This document shows, piece after piece, positions 26,314-35,914 of a stretch of 64,000 nucleotides of DNA. Positions within the stretch are counted from its first letter, which is position 1; each line of letters starts with the position of its first letter. The notes below the pieces were generated by a model. That model worked only from the letters and a program-made list of their open reading frames with translations, made no database searches and was not told where the DNA came from. The position numbers and the translations under genes are program-made. The DNA comes from a virus (Duplodnaviria; Caudoviricetes), in the IMG/VR virus record IMGVR_UViG_3300012971_001434, positions 3,013 through 67,012 of that record; one strand, given 5' to 3'.

Positions 26314-26690
26314 TCCCCGCGCAGGGGCAGGAAACTCAGTTGCCCGAGCGCCTCCTTGCCCAGCCGTCGGGTTTCCGCCGCATGGCGTTGGTGCAGGACG
26401 ATATCGGTGCGGCAATGACACCGGTTGCACATGGCCAGCACATGCGCCGGGATGATGCAAGGGGGATCACACGCACAGACATGCGCCACGGTGAGCACGA
26501 CCACGCCCCGCGCCCAGCGAGCCGAGGTGTGGTCGACCTCGACACAGCGGCGCGGACCGGGATGGGTGCAGTGCAAGCCGCACAGCCCGAGGCCCGTGCA
26601 CTCGCAGCGGCCCTGGGCGCGTTCGTAACGAATGTGCCGCGAGAAGGCCGGCCACTCTGGTGGGTAGACAGGGCGCGGGCGTCGGGCCAT
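26310..26690 (-). CDS. HNH-like protein
   Basis: YPPEWPAFSRHIRYERAQGRCE..VVLTVAH..AMCNRCH. Confidence 0.75.
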   Translation of the reverse strand: MARRPRPVYPPEWPAFSRHIRYERAQGRCECTGLGLCGLHCTHPGPRRCVEVDHTSARWARGVVVLTVAHVCACDPPCIIPAHVLAMCNRCHCRTDIVLHQRHAAETRRLGKEALGQLSFLPLRGD

Positions 26691-26699
26691 AGCTCTCTC

Positions 26700-27140
26700 C
26701 TAGGGCGTCGCCGCATCGCCACGACGCGGGCGCTGCCGGCGCTTTGGCTTCTCCGCCAGCAGCGTCTCCAGCATGCGCCTCAGGCCAGCCAGCGTGGGGG
26801 CAGAGCCGCGCAGGGTCGGGATGGTGCGGTTGTTGAACTCGACCCGCCAGGCATACCCGGCTCGGGCACGGTCCTCGTCATGGGTAATGGTAATGACCAT
26901 ATACGGGTGCTCCTGGGGGGCCACGCCTGGTGGTTCTTCGGTGGGCAATCCCATCAGCGTGCGGACATGCCACTCCATGGCGCTCTGGGCCCGGCTGTAG
27001 GCGTCGGGATCGCGGGTCCGCAGCACGGCGCCCTGGAAGTAGAGATAGTGCACGAGCGACGCGGCGGCGGCATGGCGCAGGGTGGGGGTCGGCGCCGCGT
27101 CAAAGGCATCGAGATAGTCGTAGACCGTGGGCATAGGCAC
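26700..27140 (-). CDS. hypothetical protein
   Basis: 146 aa in the inverted four-gene block. Confidence 0.6.
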   Translation of the reverse strand: MPMPTVYDYLDAFDAAPTPTLRHAAAASLVHYLYFQGAVLRTRDPDAYSRAQSAMEWHVRTLMGLPTEEPPGVAPQEHPYMVITITHDEDRARAGYAWRVEFNNRTIPTLRGSAPTLAGLRRMLETLLAEKPKRRQRPRRGDAATP

Positions 27141-27142
27141 CT

Positions 27143-27628
27143 CTACGGCGTCGCCACAGCGGCCCGGCGCGGGCGCTCGGCGGCGAGATAGACCCGAGTT
27201 CTATGGACTATCTCTGCATTGAGACTCCGGTCGTTGTCCTTGGCACTTATGCGTAGAGTATCAAGCATGCCTTGAGGAAAGCGTACCGTGAGGCTCTCAA
27301 TAGCTACATCATCATTCACACGTTTGCGAGTGTGATTGAGCGGCGGGCGAAAGTAATCAATACATGCGGCCTCTAGTGTTGACAACATTTTACCTTCAGG
27401 AAGGACCAGCCATGCGATACGCCCATCTACGATACGAACAAAATCCAAGAGCCGATGATGGGCCTTCCATCGCTTCATTAAAGAAGCAGCTTGGCCAACA
27501 TATTGGACCTGTGTCGCTGCATCGAGAACAAAATAGATCGCAGGGCAAGGTGGTAAAGATGCCGCATCTAACAACGCTACAGAGGGGAGAGCAGAGATGT
27601 TAATCTCTCTCGGAGTATACAAGTTCAT
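27143..27628 (-). CDS. GIY-YIG nuclease fused to an Arc-like RHH domain
   Basis: AIY..YVG..RW..H..E..I..PPLN, then LTVRFPQGMLDTLRISAKDNDRSLNAEIV. Confidence 0.8.
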   Translation of the reverse strand: MNLYTPREINISALPSVALLDAASLPPCPAIYFVLDAATQVQYVGQAASLMKRWKAHHRLLDFVRIVDGRIAWLVLPEGKMLSTLEAACIDYFRPPLNHTRKRVNDDVAIESLTVRFPQGMLDTLRISAKDNDRSLNAEIVHRTRVYLAAERPRRAAVATP

Positions 27629-27800
27629 GGGACGCAGACTCCTTCGTATTGTTCAAACTGTCCTCAATAATACAGAGCAACTGTGCATTCAGGCTACGCC
27701 GCTTCTTGGCTGCTTGGGCTTTGCATGCGACAAGCATCCATTCAGGCAAGCGTAGAACGGTACTCTTGTAGCTCGCAACTTCAGTTTTGGTGCGGGCCAT
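27600..27800 (-). CDS. Arc-family repressor
   Basis: STVLRLPEWMLVACKAQAAKKRRSLNAQLL; AGGAGG SD. Confidence 0.8.
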   Translation of the reverse strand: MARTKTEVASYKSTVLRLPEWMLVACKAQAAKKRRSLNAQLLCIIEDSLNNTKESASHELVYSERD

Positions 27801-27821
27801 GTCCTTTCCTCCTTGCACATT

Positions 27822-27849
27822 ATTATACTAATATGATAGTATTTTTCAA
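27822..27849 (-). promoter_or_regulatory. promoter and operator of the Arc cassette
   Basis: TTGAAA-16-TATAAT with ATACTA-N6-TAGTAT inverted repeat. Confidence 0.65.
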
Positions 27850-27959
27850 CTATTAATTTATGTTTTCAGTTATGCTGTGAGTATGTTATGCAATCATAAC
27901 GCATAGGACATTTTAGCGCTACGTACCTTATTAACCTTCTGCCGCCAGAGGACAAAGCC

Positions 27960-28517
27960 ATGCCCGCCCAGTCGCCTCCCGAACATCGCTGGTATACCCC
28001 CGCCGACTGTGCGGCCCTCCTCATGGGTGTGAAGCATGGCAGCACCTGGCGTGCCCCCTGCCCGGTCCACGGCGGCGACAGCACGACGGCGCTCTCGATC
28101 CGCGAGGTGACCGATCGCTACGGCCATCCCAAGACGTCCCTGCACTGCTTTGCGCACGACTGTGCCATCGAGGATATCTGTGCCGCGATGGGGATTGAGG
28201 TCGCCAATCTGTACAGTATCCAACCCGACTATGCCCACGCCACCCGGTATGCCCCTCGTGCCAGAAGCCCCCGCATCGACAAGCTCAAACATATGGAGGA
28301 TCCGACGCCGGACGACATCGCGCAGATCCTCTTAGAGGAGATGATCGTCTCAGACCCGGCGTTTATCCAGGAATGTGCGCCGGCACGACAGAAGCTGTGG
28401 GAGTTGGCGCAACAGTCTGCCACTGCGCGTGATGCCTTTAACCGTGCACTTCGTACAGCCCATCTTCTTCCCTTTCGCTTTTGGGACCAACTTGGACATG
28501 AGCAGAGAGGGTCATGA
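27960..28517 (+). CDS. primase-type zinc-binding domain protein
   Basis: WRAPCPVHGG..ALSI..LHCFAHDC..ICAAMG; no Toprim domain seen. Confidence 0.75.
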   Translation: MPAQSPPEHRWYTPADCAALLMGVKHGSTWRAPCPVHGGDSTTALSIREVTDRYGHPKTSLHCFAHDCAIEDICAAMGIEVANLYSIQPDYAHATRYAPRARSPRIDKLKHMEDPTPDDIAQILLEEMIVSDPAFIQECAPARQKLWELAQQSATARDAFNRALRTAHLLPFRFWDQLGHEQRGS

Positions 28518-30187
28518 TGGAATACAGTGCGCAACAAGAAGAACTCTTTGGCATTCTCATGAACGGCGCCAGTGATGATTTATGGTGGGATGTGCAAACC
28601 CGCCATGATGTCCGGATCTTTCGCAGCGACGCCAGTCGCTGGGGACAGTTGAAAACCCGTGCCCGCAAACAAGGCATTGCCGTCTGGGAGTGGGAACGGG
28701 CGGTCGATCAGGATGATCAGGATCACGTCGAGCATCTGCGCGCTTCGACACGATTCCCCTTTGTCGATCTGCGACCAAGGATGCCTCCACTCCCAACCGC
28801 CGTGACGTGTGCTTCCCCACAGCTCGAAACCTGGCTCAGTACCTATGTGCAGCATAGTCAGGAATGGGCGCCACGCGCCGCGCCGGGCTACCATGCCGCG
28901 GTTGCCCTATGGGTTCTCTCTACCGTTGCCGCGAGGCGAATCGTGGTACACACGGGGAGTCATGACGTTTATCCCACGCTCTTTCTCGCCCTCATCGGCG
29001 AAAGTACACTATGGACGAAGAGCACGACCGCGGCCATAGGATTACGTATCATTCGCCGGGCCGGGTGTGGCCATTTCCTGAGCCCTGATCGCACCACGCC
29101 CCAGTTTCTCCTGAAACTCATGTCTGGCGTGGTCCCAACCGATTACAGTAAAAAGGCGGAAGACGAGCAAGAGCTGATGCGCAAAGCCTATGGCTTCTCG
29201 GCCCAGCGTGGATGGTTTTATGAGGAATGGGGAGGGATGCTGCATCAGATGCGTCGGGTCGACTCTCCGCAAGCCGAACTCAATAAGTTACTCATCGTGC
29301 TCGAAGGCGGCGCCACGACATTTGAGACCGGGACCATTCAGCGCGGTTTGGAACGCATCGAGCACCCCTATCTCGCACTTCTGGGCAATGCGACGATGCA
29401 TGATCTTCTGCCGTTTATGGGCGAGGGTGATGCGTGGTGGCATGACGGATTCTGGCCCCGCTTTGCGTGTATTACACCGCCGCTCGGCCAGGCGCCTCTC
29501 CGCACGCCTAGGCCCCGCAAGCCCTATAGCATTCCACAGGAACTCCTGATTGGTCTGCATAATTGGGATGAGCGTCTGGGCTATCCACATGTGGCCATTG
29601 AGGAGGTGACCCTGGCCTCCGGCAAGCGGACGGGAGAGTGGGTTGGCACCGTGACGCAGAAGCCTGAGCAGAGCATGGAATTGGCCGGGGACGTCTACGA
29701 TGCGATGGAAGCCTACGATGACGCGCTCTTGGAACTAAGTCATGGCGACGGCGTCCATCCGGATCTGCGACCCTGGTATGCACGGGCCAAGGAAAAAGTC
29801 TTGCGGGTCGCTATGTTGCTGGCCTCTGTGGAAGGGGACGAGTGCATCGAGTTGCCGTACTGGCAGGAGGCTCAGGTATTGGTCGAGGGCTGGCGCCAGA
29901 ATCTGCATGATCTGGTGGGGACTGTCAGCACGGAAGGTGGACAAACGCGCCAGGGTATGCGGATCCATCGCCTCGAACGACGGGTGGAAGAGATGCTGAG
30001 TAAGAGTGGAGGGATGACGGCCCGCGAGATGCAACGTCATCTCAAAGGCGTGACGAGTGCTGAATTGCAGCAGGTGCTCGTCAGCATGGAGAAGATCGAA
30101 CTCATCACGCATCTGGATATGGGGCAGAAGAGAGTGTACCTCATTTTCCAGGAAGCGCCGGAAGAGGGGGAAGGCGATGAAGTGTAA
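28514..30187 (+). CDS. DUF3987-like phage/plasmid replication P-loop protein
   Basis: YPTLFLALIGESTLWTKST, FYEEWGGML, DGFWPRF, C-terminal wHTH-like segment. Confidence 0.75.
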   Translation: MMEYSAQQEELFGILMNGASDDLWWDVQTRHDVRIFRSDASRWGQLKTRARKQGIAVWEWERAVDQDDQDHVEHLRASTRFPFVDLRPRMPPLPTAVTCASPQLETWLSTYVQHSQEWAPRAAPGYHAAVALWVLSTVAARRIVVHTGSHDVYPTLFLALIGESTLWTKSTTAAIGLRIIRRAGCGHFLSPDRTTPQFLLKLMSGVVPTDYSKKAEDEQELMRKAYGFSAQRGWFYEEWGGMLHQMRRVDSPQAELNKLLIVLEGGATTFETGTIQRGLERIEHPYLALLGNATMHDLLPFMGEGDAWWHDGFWPRFACITPPLGQAPLRTPRPRKPYSIPQELLIGLHNWDERLGYPHVAIEEVTLASGKRTGEWVGTVTQKPEQSMELAGDVYDAMEAYDDALLELSHGDGVHPDLRPWYARAKEKVLRVAMLLASVEGDECIELPYWQEAQVLVEGWRQNLHDLVGTVSTEGGQTRQGMRIHRLERRVEEMLSKSGGMTAREMQRHLKGVTSAELQQVLVSMEKIELITHLDMGQKRVYLIFQEAPEEGEGDEV

Positions 30188-30520
30188 CCTACTGCCCGCT
30201 GAAGCAGGCAGCTTTCACTCTGGCGCGACATGCCCCGAAGCGCAGGCATACCTCCGAGTGTTCAGGCCGGGTTACTTCGCGCTGCGTACAGCGCTACTTC
30301 GACCCCAGCCAACGCCGGAGCGTTGGTTTGTACTTGAAGCATTTTACGCAGAGAAAGATTGCTCTCTACAACCGTATACGCTTCGTGTCAAAGAGCAGAG
30401 CTGTTATCTCTCAAGGAGAGTGCCTTGATGCTCAAGGAAGAAGTATACAAGCTGTTCGCCCTTCAGGCGAACCTTTTATTCCTCTGCTCGCTGAAGCAAG
30501 CAGCTTCCTACAAGGAATCA
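30182..30520 (-). mobile_element. non-autonomous IS200/IS605-family mini-element (PATE-like)
   Basis: Paired subterminal hairpins at 30192-30211 and 30484-30503 (GC-TTCA-GC core on the minus strand); TnpB-type right end ...GGGCAGTAGGTTACAC; no ORF. Confidence 0.7.
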
Positions 30521-30529
30521 TATGGTGAG

Positions 30530-30675
30530 GTGTCGACCCTGTCAGCCCGTCAGCGGTGTCAACCGAAGTGTAAATGGTTGACACACGTATAGTTATGACT
30601 ATAATTTTTACCGGGTGTCAGCCGTTTGCAGAAATAAGGGGCCTAGGGTGACAGGTCGACAGGTCGACACACGTA
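30530..30675. repeat. cluster of GTGTC(A/G)(A/G)CC-like repeats in both orientations
   Basis: About 8 copies, including the 9-bp IR GTGTCAACC/GGTTGACAC and a GACACACGTA direct repeat. Confidence 0.65.
30578..30605 (+). promoter_or_regulatory. consensus sigma70 promoter
   Basis: TTGACA-16-TATAAT upstream of the recT operon. Confidence 0.7.
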
Positions 30676-30719
30676 CACTTTTATCTATGATTGCACTGAA
30701 AGAAAGAAGGGAACAAATA

Positions 30720-31130
30720 ATGGACCAGCCCGAGCTCTTCCCCGCCACGCCCGCACGTCGGCGCCAGCGCCGGAAGCGGGCCGAGTCGCTCATACCGCAG
30801 CGCGTGCTGTTCAAGGAGCAGAACGTCCATGAGCAGGCGCTCGCGCACGATGCGGCCGTTCGTGGCACAGGCCGCGAGCGAGAACTGGCCTTCCGTGCTT
30901 CGCTTGAGGCGTTTATTGACGACTACGAAACGTTCATGCCCTGTGGCCTGTCAGCGGCGCTCCTTGATCATCTCACACGCACCGACGCCAGCGGCCTGTC
31001 CTTATGCTTCAACGGTCCGCTACGCCAGGCCCTGCTCGCCGACGTGAGCCGGTGGGTAGGAGAGGCCGCCCCACCCGCGGCCCGCGCCCGCTGGCAGGCC
31101 CTGGTGGCGCACCAGCAGGAGGCCCTATGA
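30720..31130 (+). CDS. hypothetical protein
   Basis: Likely start MDQPELF after GAAGGG. Confidence 0.6.
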   Translation: MDQPELFPATPARRRQRRKRAESLIPQRVLFKEQNVHEQALAHDAAVRGTGRERELAFRASLEAFIDDYETFMPCGLSAALLDHLTRTDASGLSLCFNGPLRQALLADVSRWVGEAAPPAARARWQALVAHQQEAL

Positions 31131-31426
31131 GCACTCGCGTCTGGCGCCAACTCCTCAACAACGCCTACAATCCGTCGGTCCCCGCCGGGCAGAGTGTGCT
31201 GCGCTTCGCCCTCGTCATGCTGGCCATGGACCCGCGCGCTACGCTGACGCCGGCGCAACGCGAGTGGCTGACCGCCCGCCTCCAGCATGCGCCCGACTGG
31301 CACCCCTTCACGGCGCACGAACAGCAGCGCCTCCGGAAACCGCTCATGGCGTATCTCCAGACCCACTATCCACGTGTCGCCACCATGGTGGCCACGTATT
31401 TTGAGGACAGCCCGGATGGAACGTAA
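31127..31426 (+). CDS. hypothetical protein
   Basis: AGGAGG SD; ATGA overlap. Confidence 0.6.
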   Translation: MSTRVWRQLLNNAYNPSVPAGQSVLRFALVMLAMDPRATLTPAQREWLTARLQHAPDWHPFTAHEQQRLRKPLMAYLQTHYPRVATMVATYFEDSPDGT

Positions 31427-31625
31427 GCCGATCCCCTATGACCCGCCAGCGCCGGCCTTCGATACGTGCCCGACCTGTAGTGCCGTGATCGCACACCGCG
31501 TCTGGGTCCACGGCACGAAGGAGGCGCCCGCCATCTGGAAGCCTCTCGACCACGCGGTGAACCCGGTGAGCGGGACACCGCACGCGCAAACGTGTACACT
31601 TATCCCCTGCACACCTGTGCAGTGA
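31416..31625 (+). CDS. small Cys-containing protein
   Basis: CPTC..PHAQTC. Confidence 0.55.
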   Translation: MERKPIPYDPPAPAFDTCPTCSAVIAHRVWVHGTKEAPAIWKPLDHAVNPVSGTPHAQTCTLIPCTPVQ

Positions 31626-31658
31626 GTACAGCCACAAACTTCCCAGAAAGGAATTGTT

Positions 31659-32882
31659 ATGGCTACGACCACGCTCGTCGACGTGTACAAAGGCAAAGCC
31701 GAGCGGCAGTACGCGGCGCTGCCCGCCCGCCTCATCGAGACCATGAGCAGCGTCATGCCCCAGATCCCCGCGTTACTCCCCAGTGATATTCCGGTCGAGC
31801 AGTTTCGCGCCGCCCTCTTTCTCGAACTCTCTAGGCCGACCCCGCCCCAGCGCACCGGCCTGGCGGAATGTTCGCTGGTGTCGTTACGCGACTGTGCCAT
31901 TAAGGCGGCGATGTATGGCCTCTTGCCTGGGCGCGATTGCCACTTCTTGCCCTTTCGCGAGCGCAAAGGTTCACAGGTGCAGGCGACCTTTGTGCCCAAC
32001 TATTTCGGGCTCATTCTCTCCTTGGAGCGCACGGGCAAAGTCGCCAAAGCCTTTGCCCACCCCGTCTATAGTGGCGATGATTTTAGCGTCGACTATCTGA
32101 GCGAGGTCTATCGCCATGTGCCCGCCGTGGTGCGGGGGAAACAGCCCGGCAGCCTGCGCTTCTTCTACGGCTGCGTGCGCATGAAAGACGGTACGGTCCA
32201 TCTGGAAGTGATGGATGAAAGCCAGATTGACGCCGTGCGCCGGCGGGCCCCAGCCCATGAGCAAGGCCCCTGGGTCGACGACTTTCTCATGATGGCCCGC
32301 AAGACCGCGCTCAAACGCACCATGAAGTACGTGCGGCTGACGCCGGGAGCGCAGCAGATGCTGGACGAGGACGACGCCCGCCTGCGCCTGGACATTCCGG
32401 AGGAACGCCACCACGACAACATCGTGGCGCTCTATGGCGACGTGGTCGACCCCACCGCCCCGACCCTCCCTGCCGCCCCACGCCCGGCAGAGGTGACGCC
32501 GCCGGCCACGCCGACCGCGCCTGCGGGCGAAGCCGGGCTGGCGTACATTGCCCAGATTGAGGCGGCCATTTTCGCCTCGGGCCAGGACGTCGAGCACACC
32601 TGGACCTGGGCCGAGCGCCGGCTCAACAAACAACGGCACGTTTTCTCGGTCGAGGATTACACCTTTGTCCTGGAGGCCGTACGCAAGGCAGCGAGTCTGC
32701 GCGAGACACCGCCCCAGGCGCACCAGGAGACCCAGGAAGGGCAGGAGGCTGCCCCCGCCCAGGTCCAGGCTGAGCCAGCAGCGCGCGATGAGGGAGAGCA
32801 GGCCGACCTCTGGACGCAGGAGGAGGAGGCAGAGCGCCGGCAGCAGGGCGAGGAGGCCAGGGCAGAAGAGTATGGCGAGTGA
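31659..32882 (+). CDS. recT: RecT-family single-strand annealing recombinase
   Basis: ECSLVSL..AAMYGLLPG, NYFG, VYSGDDF, EVMDESQI, GPWVDDF..MARKTALKR; acidic C-tail. Confidence 0.9.
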   Translation: MATTTLVDVYKGKAERQYAALPARLIETMSSVMPQIPALLPSDIPVEQFRAALFLELSRPTPPQRTGLAECSLVSLRDCAIKAAMYGLLPGRDCHFLPFRERKGSQVQATFVPNYFGLILSLERTGKVAKAFAHPVYSGDDFSVDYLSEVYRHVPAVVRGKQPGSLRFFYGCVRMKDGTVHLEVMDESQIDAVRRRAPAHEQGPWVDDFLMMARKTALKRTMKYVRLTPGAQQMLDEDDARLRLDIPEERHHDNIVALYGDVVDPTAPTLPAAPRPAEVTPPATPTAPAGEAGLAYIAQIEAAIFASGQDVEHTWTWAERRLNKQRHVFSVEDYTFVLEAVRKAASLRETPPQAHQETQEGQEAAPAQVQAEPAARDEGEQADLWTQEEEAERRQQGEEARAEEYGE

Positions 32883-33002
32883 GTGTCTCCATGCCCCAAA
32901 AACCGCTCAGAATCGATTTTAAGACTGGGGAACAAAATCAGCGTCCGATGCTCTTGTCAAAGACGGTACCCTCCCTGGTGGCCTCAGGAAGGGCATCAAA
33001 GC

Positions 33003-33461
33003 CTACCAAGCGAGGCGTTCTTTGATTTTGCGTTGCAGGGCGATGCCTTGCACCACGGCACTGCGCAGCGTCGGACCTAATTCGCGGAGTTCGTCTTCAT
33101 GCCAGATTGGAAGCCGTAATATCTTTTTGAAGCGCTTACGGAGAGCATGCTTGACAAAGGTTTTTCTCATGCCCAATGTCGGAAATACCCGATCACCAAG
33201 GATGCTATTACACTGCCAACAGGCAGGGACAACAATGAATTTATCCTTGGATGGTTGTGCATTGGTGCTTAGCAAGGATTGTAACGCAATCAGAGGAAGG
33301 GTGTGGTCTTCCGTATTGGCCATGTCTCCACAATAAAAACAGGCGACACTGACAAAGGAGTTTCCCACAGCATCAATATACATGCGAAATGTCGTAAAAC
33401 CGATCTTGTGATATTTGCCACGCAGAAACCGACGATAGGCAGTATCCAGGTATGTCCGCAT
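33003..33461 (-). CDS. HNH endonuclease
   Basis: CFYCG..EDH..P..ACWQCN; low GC; own promoter (TTGATA-18-TATAAT, 33606-33577). Confidence 0.8.
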   Translation of the reverse strand: MRTYLDTAYRRFLRGKYHKIGFTTFRMYIDAVGNSFVSVACFYCGDMANTEDHTLPLIALQSLLSTNAQPSKDKFIVVPACWQCNSILGDRVFPTLGMRKTFVKHALRKRFKKILRLPIWHEDELRELGPTLRSAVVQGIALQRKIKERLAW

Positions 33462-33631
33462 ACACAACCTCCCGATAGGTCGTTGATCCCGAATGTGGTT
33501 GTGTGGCCCACCCGTTCGGGAGCGGGGTTCGGGCTGCAGACCCTAGGGCCACACGAAACAAGTATAACAGAGAGGTATTATATCATGTTTACACTCAATA
33601 TATCAATCATTTATATTCGCATGGAGGCGCC

Positions 33632-33892
33632 ATGACGCGGTCTGCACCGTGCCCGCGCGCCTACCCCCGCGCCCGCCGCCGGTCCCCGCGCGCCCGTCCG
33701 ACGCACGCCCCACCCGCGCCCCGTGCGCAGGAGCGTCAGCCCTGCACCTGCGTGCCCAGTCACCGGCACTATGCGCCCTGCACCGCCTGTGTGGCCTGGG
33801 ACCACGGCGAGGTGCTCCTTGAGGGCGGTGGCAGTATGGCCAAAACGCGCTGGCTGCTCCTCCACGAACCCACGGGGGAGGTTGCACCATGA
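33632..33892 (+). CDS. hypothetical protein
   Basis: GGAGG SD; CTC..CTAC. Confidence 0.5.
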   Translation: MTRSAPCPRAYPRARRRSPRARPTHAPPAPRAQERQPCTCVPSHRHYAPCTACVAWDHGEVLLEGGGSMAKTRWLLLHEPTGEVAP

Positions 33893-34005
33893 TCCCGCAC
33901 GACACGCTTCCCTGGTCCTGGTGGGCGCTCCTCGCGGCGCTCTGTGTACTGCTGGCGCTGCTCGGCGGCTTCGTCTGGGACGTGCTGGCCCTGTACCTCT
34001 TCTGA
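33889..34005 (+). CDS. small TM peptide (38 aa)
   Basis: Translated by hand; GGAGG SD. Confidence 0.45.
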   Translation: MIPHDTLPWSWWALLAALCVLLALLGGFVWDVLALYLF

Positions 34006-34015
34006 AAGGACGCGC

Positions 34016-35902
34016 ATGTGTGGTATTGCTGGCTGGATACGCCCGGACGGGGCCTGGAGCCGGGACGATCTGCAGACGATGACCGAGACGGCAGCGCACC
34101 GCGGCCCAGATGGCGCCGGCCTGTGGTGCTGGGAGGCAGGGCCGGCGCCCACCGCCGTCTGCCTTGGACATCGGCGCCTGGCCATCCTCGACCTGTCACC
34201 AGCCGGGCAGCAGCCCATGGCGTCTGCGGACTTACAGCACTGGCTCACGTTCAATGGCGAAATCTATAATTACCTCGAACTGCGCCAGGAGCTTCGCGGC
34301 CTGGGCTATGCCTTCAGAACCGGCACTGATACCGAGGTCCTCCTCGCCGCCTATGCCCAGTGGGGCACAGACGCCTTCGCCCGCTGCAATGGCATGTGGG
34401 GCCTCGCACTCGTGGATCTGCGCCGGCGCGTCCTCGTGCTCAGCCGCGATAGAGTGGGCATCAAGCCGCTCTATGTCTGGTCCCCGCCCGGGGCTGTGGC
34501 CTTTGCCTCCGAGCTGAAACAACTCCTGACGCTGCCAGGGTGCCCGGCCGTAGCGCACCTGCCGACGCTTAGGCGCTACATCGACACGGGCTACGAGGGA
34601 CCCCGCACGACCTTTTTCCAGGACCTCTGGGCCTTTCCGCCCGGCTGCGTCGCCACCGTGCCGCTCGACGCCCCGGGCGTCCCGGCCCCCCAGGCCTTCT
34701 GGCATCCCGAGCGCCTGGCCACGGTGCCCGTCGACCCCCACGAGGCCGTACTGGAGACGCGCCGCCTGTTCGCCGACGCAGTGCGCCTGTGCCTGCGTGC
34801 CGATGTGCCCGTGGGGGTGTGTCTCTCCGGCGGCCTGGATTCGTCGGCGGTGCTCAGCCAGGTGCAGCAGATAAAGCACGCCGGCTCAAGCCGCGCACCC
34901 ACGTATGCGTTTTCGGCGGTGTTTGACGATCCGGCCGCAGATGAACGTCCCTGGATCACGCGCATGCTCACGTGCACCGCTGCCACCGGCGCGCAGACCA
35001 GTCCCACGCCCGAGGCCTTTCTCCTCGACGCCGACACCTGGCTCTATCACCTGGACGAACCGCCCGGCTCACTCTCCCAGTATGCCGCCTGGGCCGTCAT
35101 GCGCATGATCCGCGCCCACGAGGTGCCGGTGATCCTGAATGGACAAGGGGGCGACGAGCTGTTTAGCGGCTACTGGCATGCCTATTATCTGGTACTGCGG
35201 CACCTGGGTCGTCGCTCTCCCTGGCAGGTCCTCGGCCATCTGGGCGGGGCGCTGCTTCCCGGCGGCAATCCGGCCCTGCTCACACAGATTGTCCCGCATC
35301 TGCGCCAGTACTGGTTTCGCCGCCGCCAGCAGGGACAGGCGCTGCTCCAGGACGGCTTTCTCCTGGCCGAGGCCGGGGAGGCGCTGTGGGCCCGGCAGGC
35401 GCAACAGCTCACGCCGCCGCAGTACCGCCTCGCCGAGCTGCGTCACGTGCACTTGCCGCGCCTGCTCAAGTGGGATGACCGCAACTCCATGGCGTTTGGC
35501 ATCGAGGGGCGCTATCCGTTCCTCGATCACCGCCTGGTGGAATGGGCCTTGACGCTGCCGCCGACGCTCAATCTCCGTCGTGGCTGGACGAAGCACGTCC
35601 TGCGCCAGGCCGTGGGACCGCTCCTGCCGGACGAGGTGCAATGGCGCAGAGACAAGATGGGCTTTGAGACACCGCAGGCGCGCTGGATGACGACCGTCCT
35701 CGCCCCCGCCCTCGCGACGTTCGCAAGGAAGCCGTCGGCGGCGCTCAAAGCGCTGGTCGACCCGGCCCGGCTCCAGGCCCTCGCCACTCTGGTGCTCCAA
35801 GCGCCGTTGTCGCCGCAGGACGAACGCCCGAAACTCCTGATGCGCCTCTTTTTCCTGGAGCGCTGGCTGGCACGCTTCCAGGTCGATCTTGGAGGCGCCT
35901 AA
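34016..35902 (+). CDS. asnB: asparagine synthase (glutamine-hydrolysing)-family amidotransferase
   Basis: MCGIAG start, HRGPD, GHRRLAILDL, FNGEIYNY, LSGGLDSS, GQGGDELF, DRNSMAFGIEGRYPFLD. Confidence 0.95.
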   Translation: MCGIAGWIRPDGAWSRDDLQTMTETAAHRGPDGAGLWCWEAGPAPTAVCLGHRRLAILDLSPAGQQPMASADLQHWLTFNGEIYNYLELRQELRGLGYAFRTGTDTEVLLAAYAQWGTDAFARCNGMWGLALVDLRRRVLVLSRDRVGIKPLYVWSPPGAVAFASELKQLLTLPGCPAVAHLPTLRRYIDTGYEGPRTTFFQDLWAFPPGCVATVPLDAPGVPAPQAFWHPERLATVPVDPHEAVLETRRLFADAVRLCLRADVPVGVCLSGGLDSSAVLSQVQQIKHAGSSRAPTYAFSAVFDDPAADERPWITRMLTCTAATGAQTSPTPEAFLLDADTWLYHLDEPPGSLSQYAAWAVMRMIRAHEVPVILNGQGGDELFSGYWHAYYLVLRHLGRRSPWQVLGHLGGALLPGGNPALLTQIVPHLRQYWFRRRQQGQALLQDGFLLAEAGEALWARQAQQLTPPQYRLAELRHVHLPRLLKWDDRNSMAFGIEGRYPFLDHRLVEWALTLPPTLNLRRGWTKHVLRQAVGPLLPDEVQWRRDKMGFETPQARWMTTVLAPALATFARKPSAALKALVDPARLQALATLVLQAPLSPQDERPKLLMRLFFLERWLARFQVDLGGA

Positions 35903-35914
35903 GAAAGGCCACGT

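Noticed and set aside
30530-30675. CRISPR array
   Set aside because: Repeats are 7-10 nt, in mixed orientation and irregularly spaced; no cas genes anywhere in the window.
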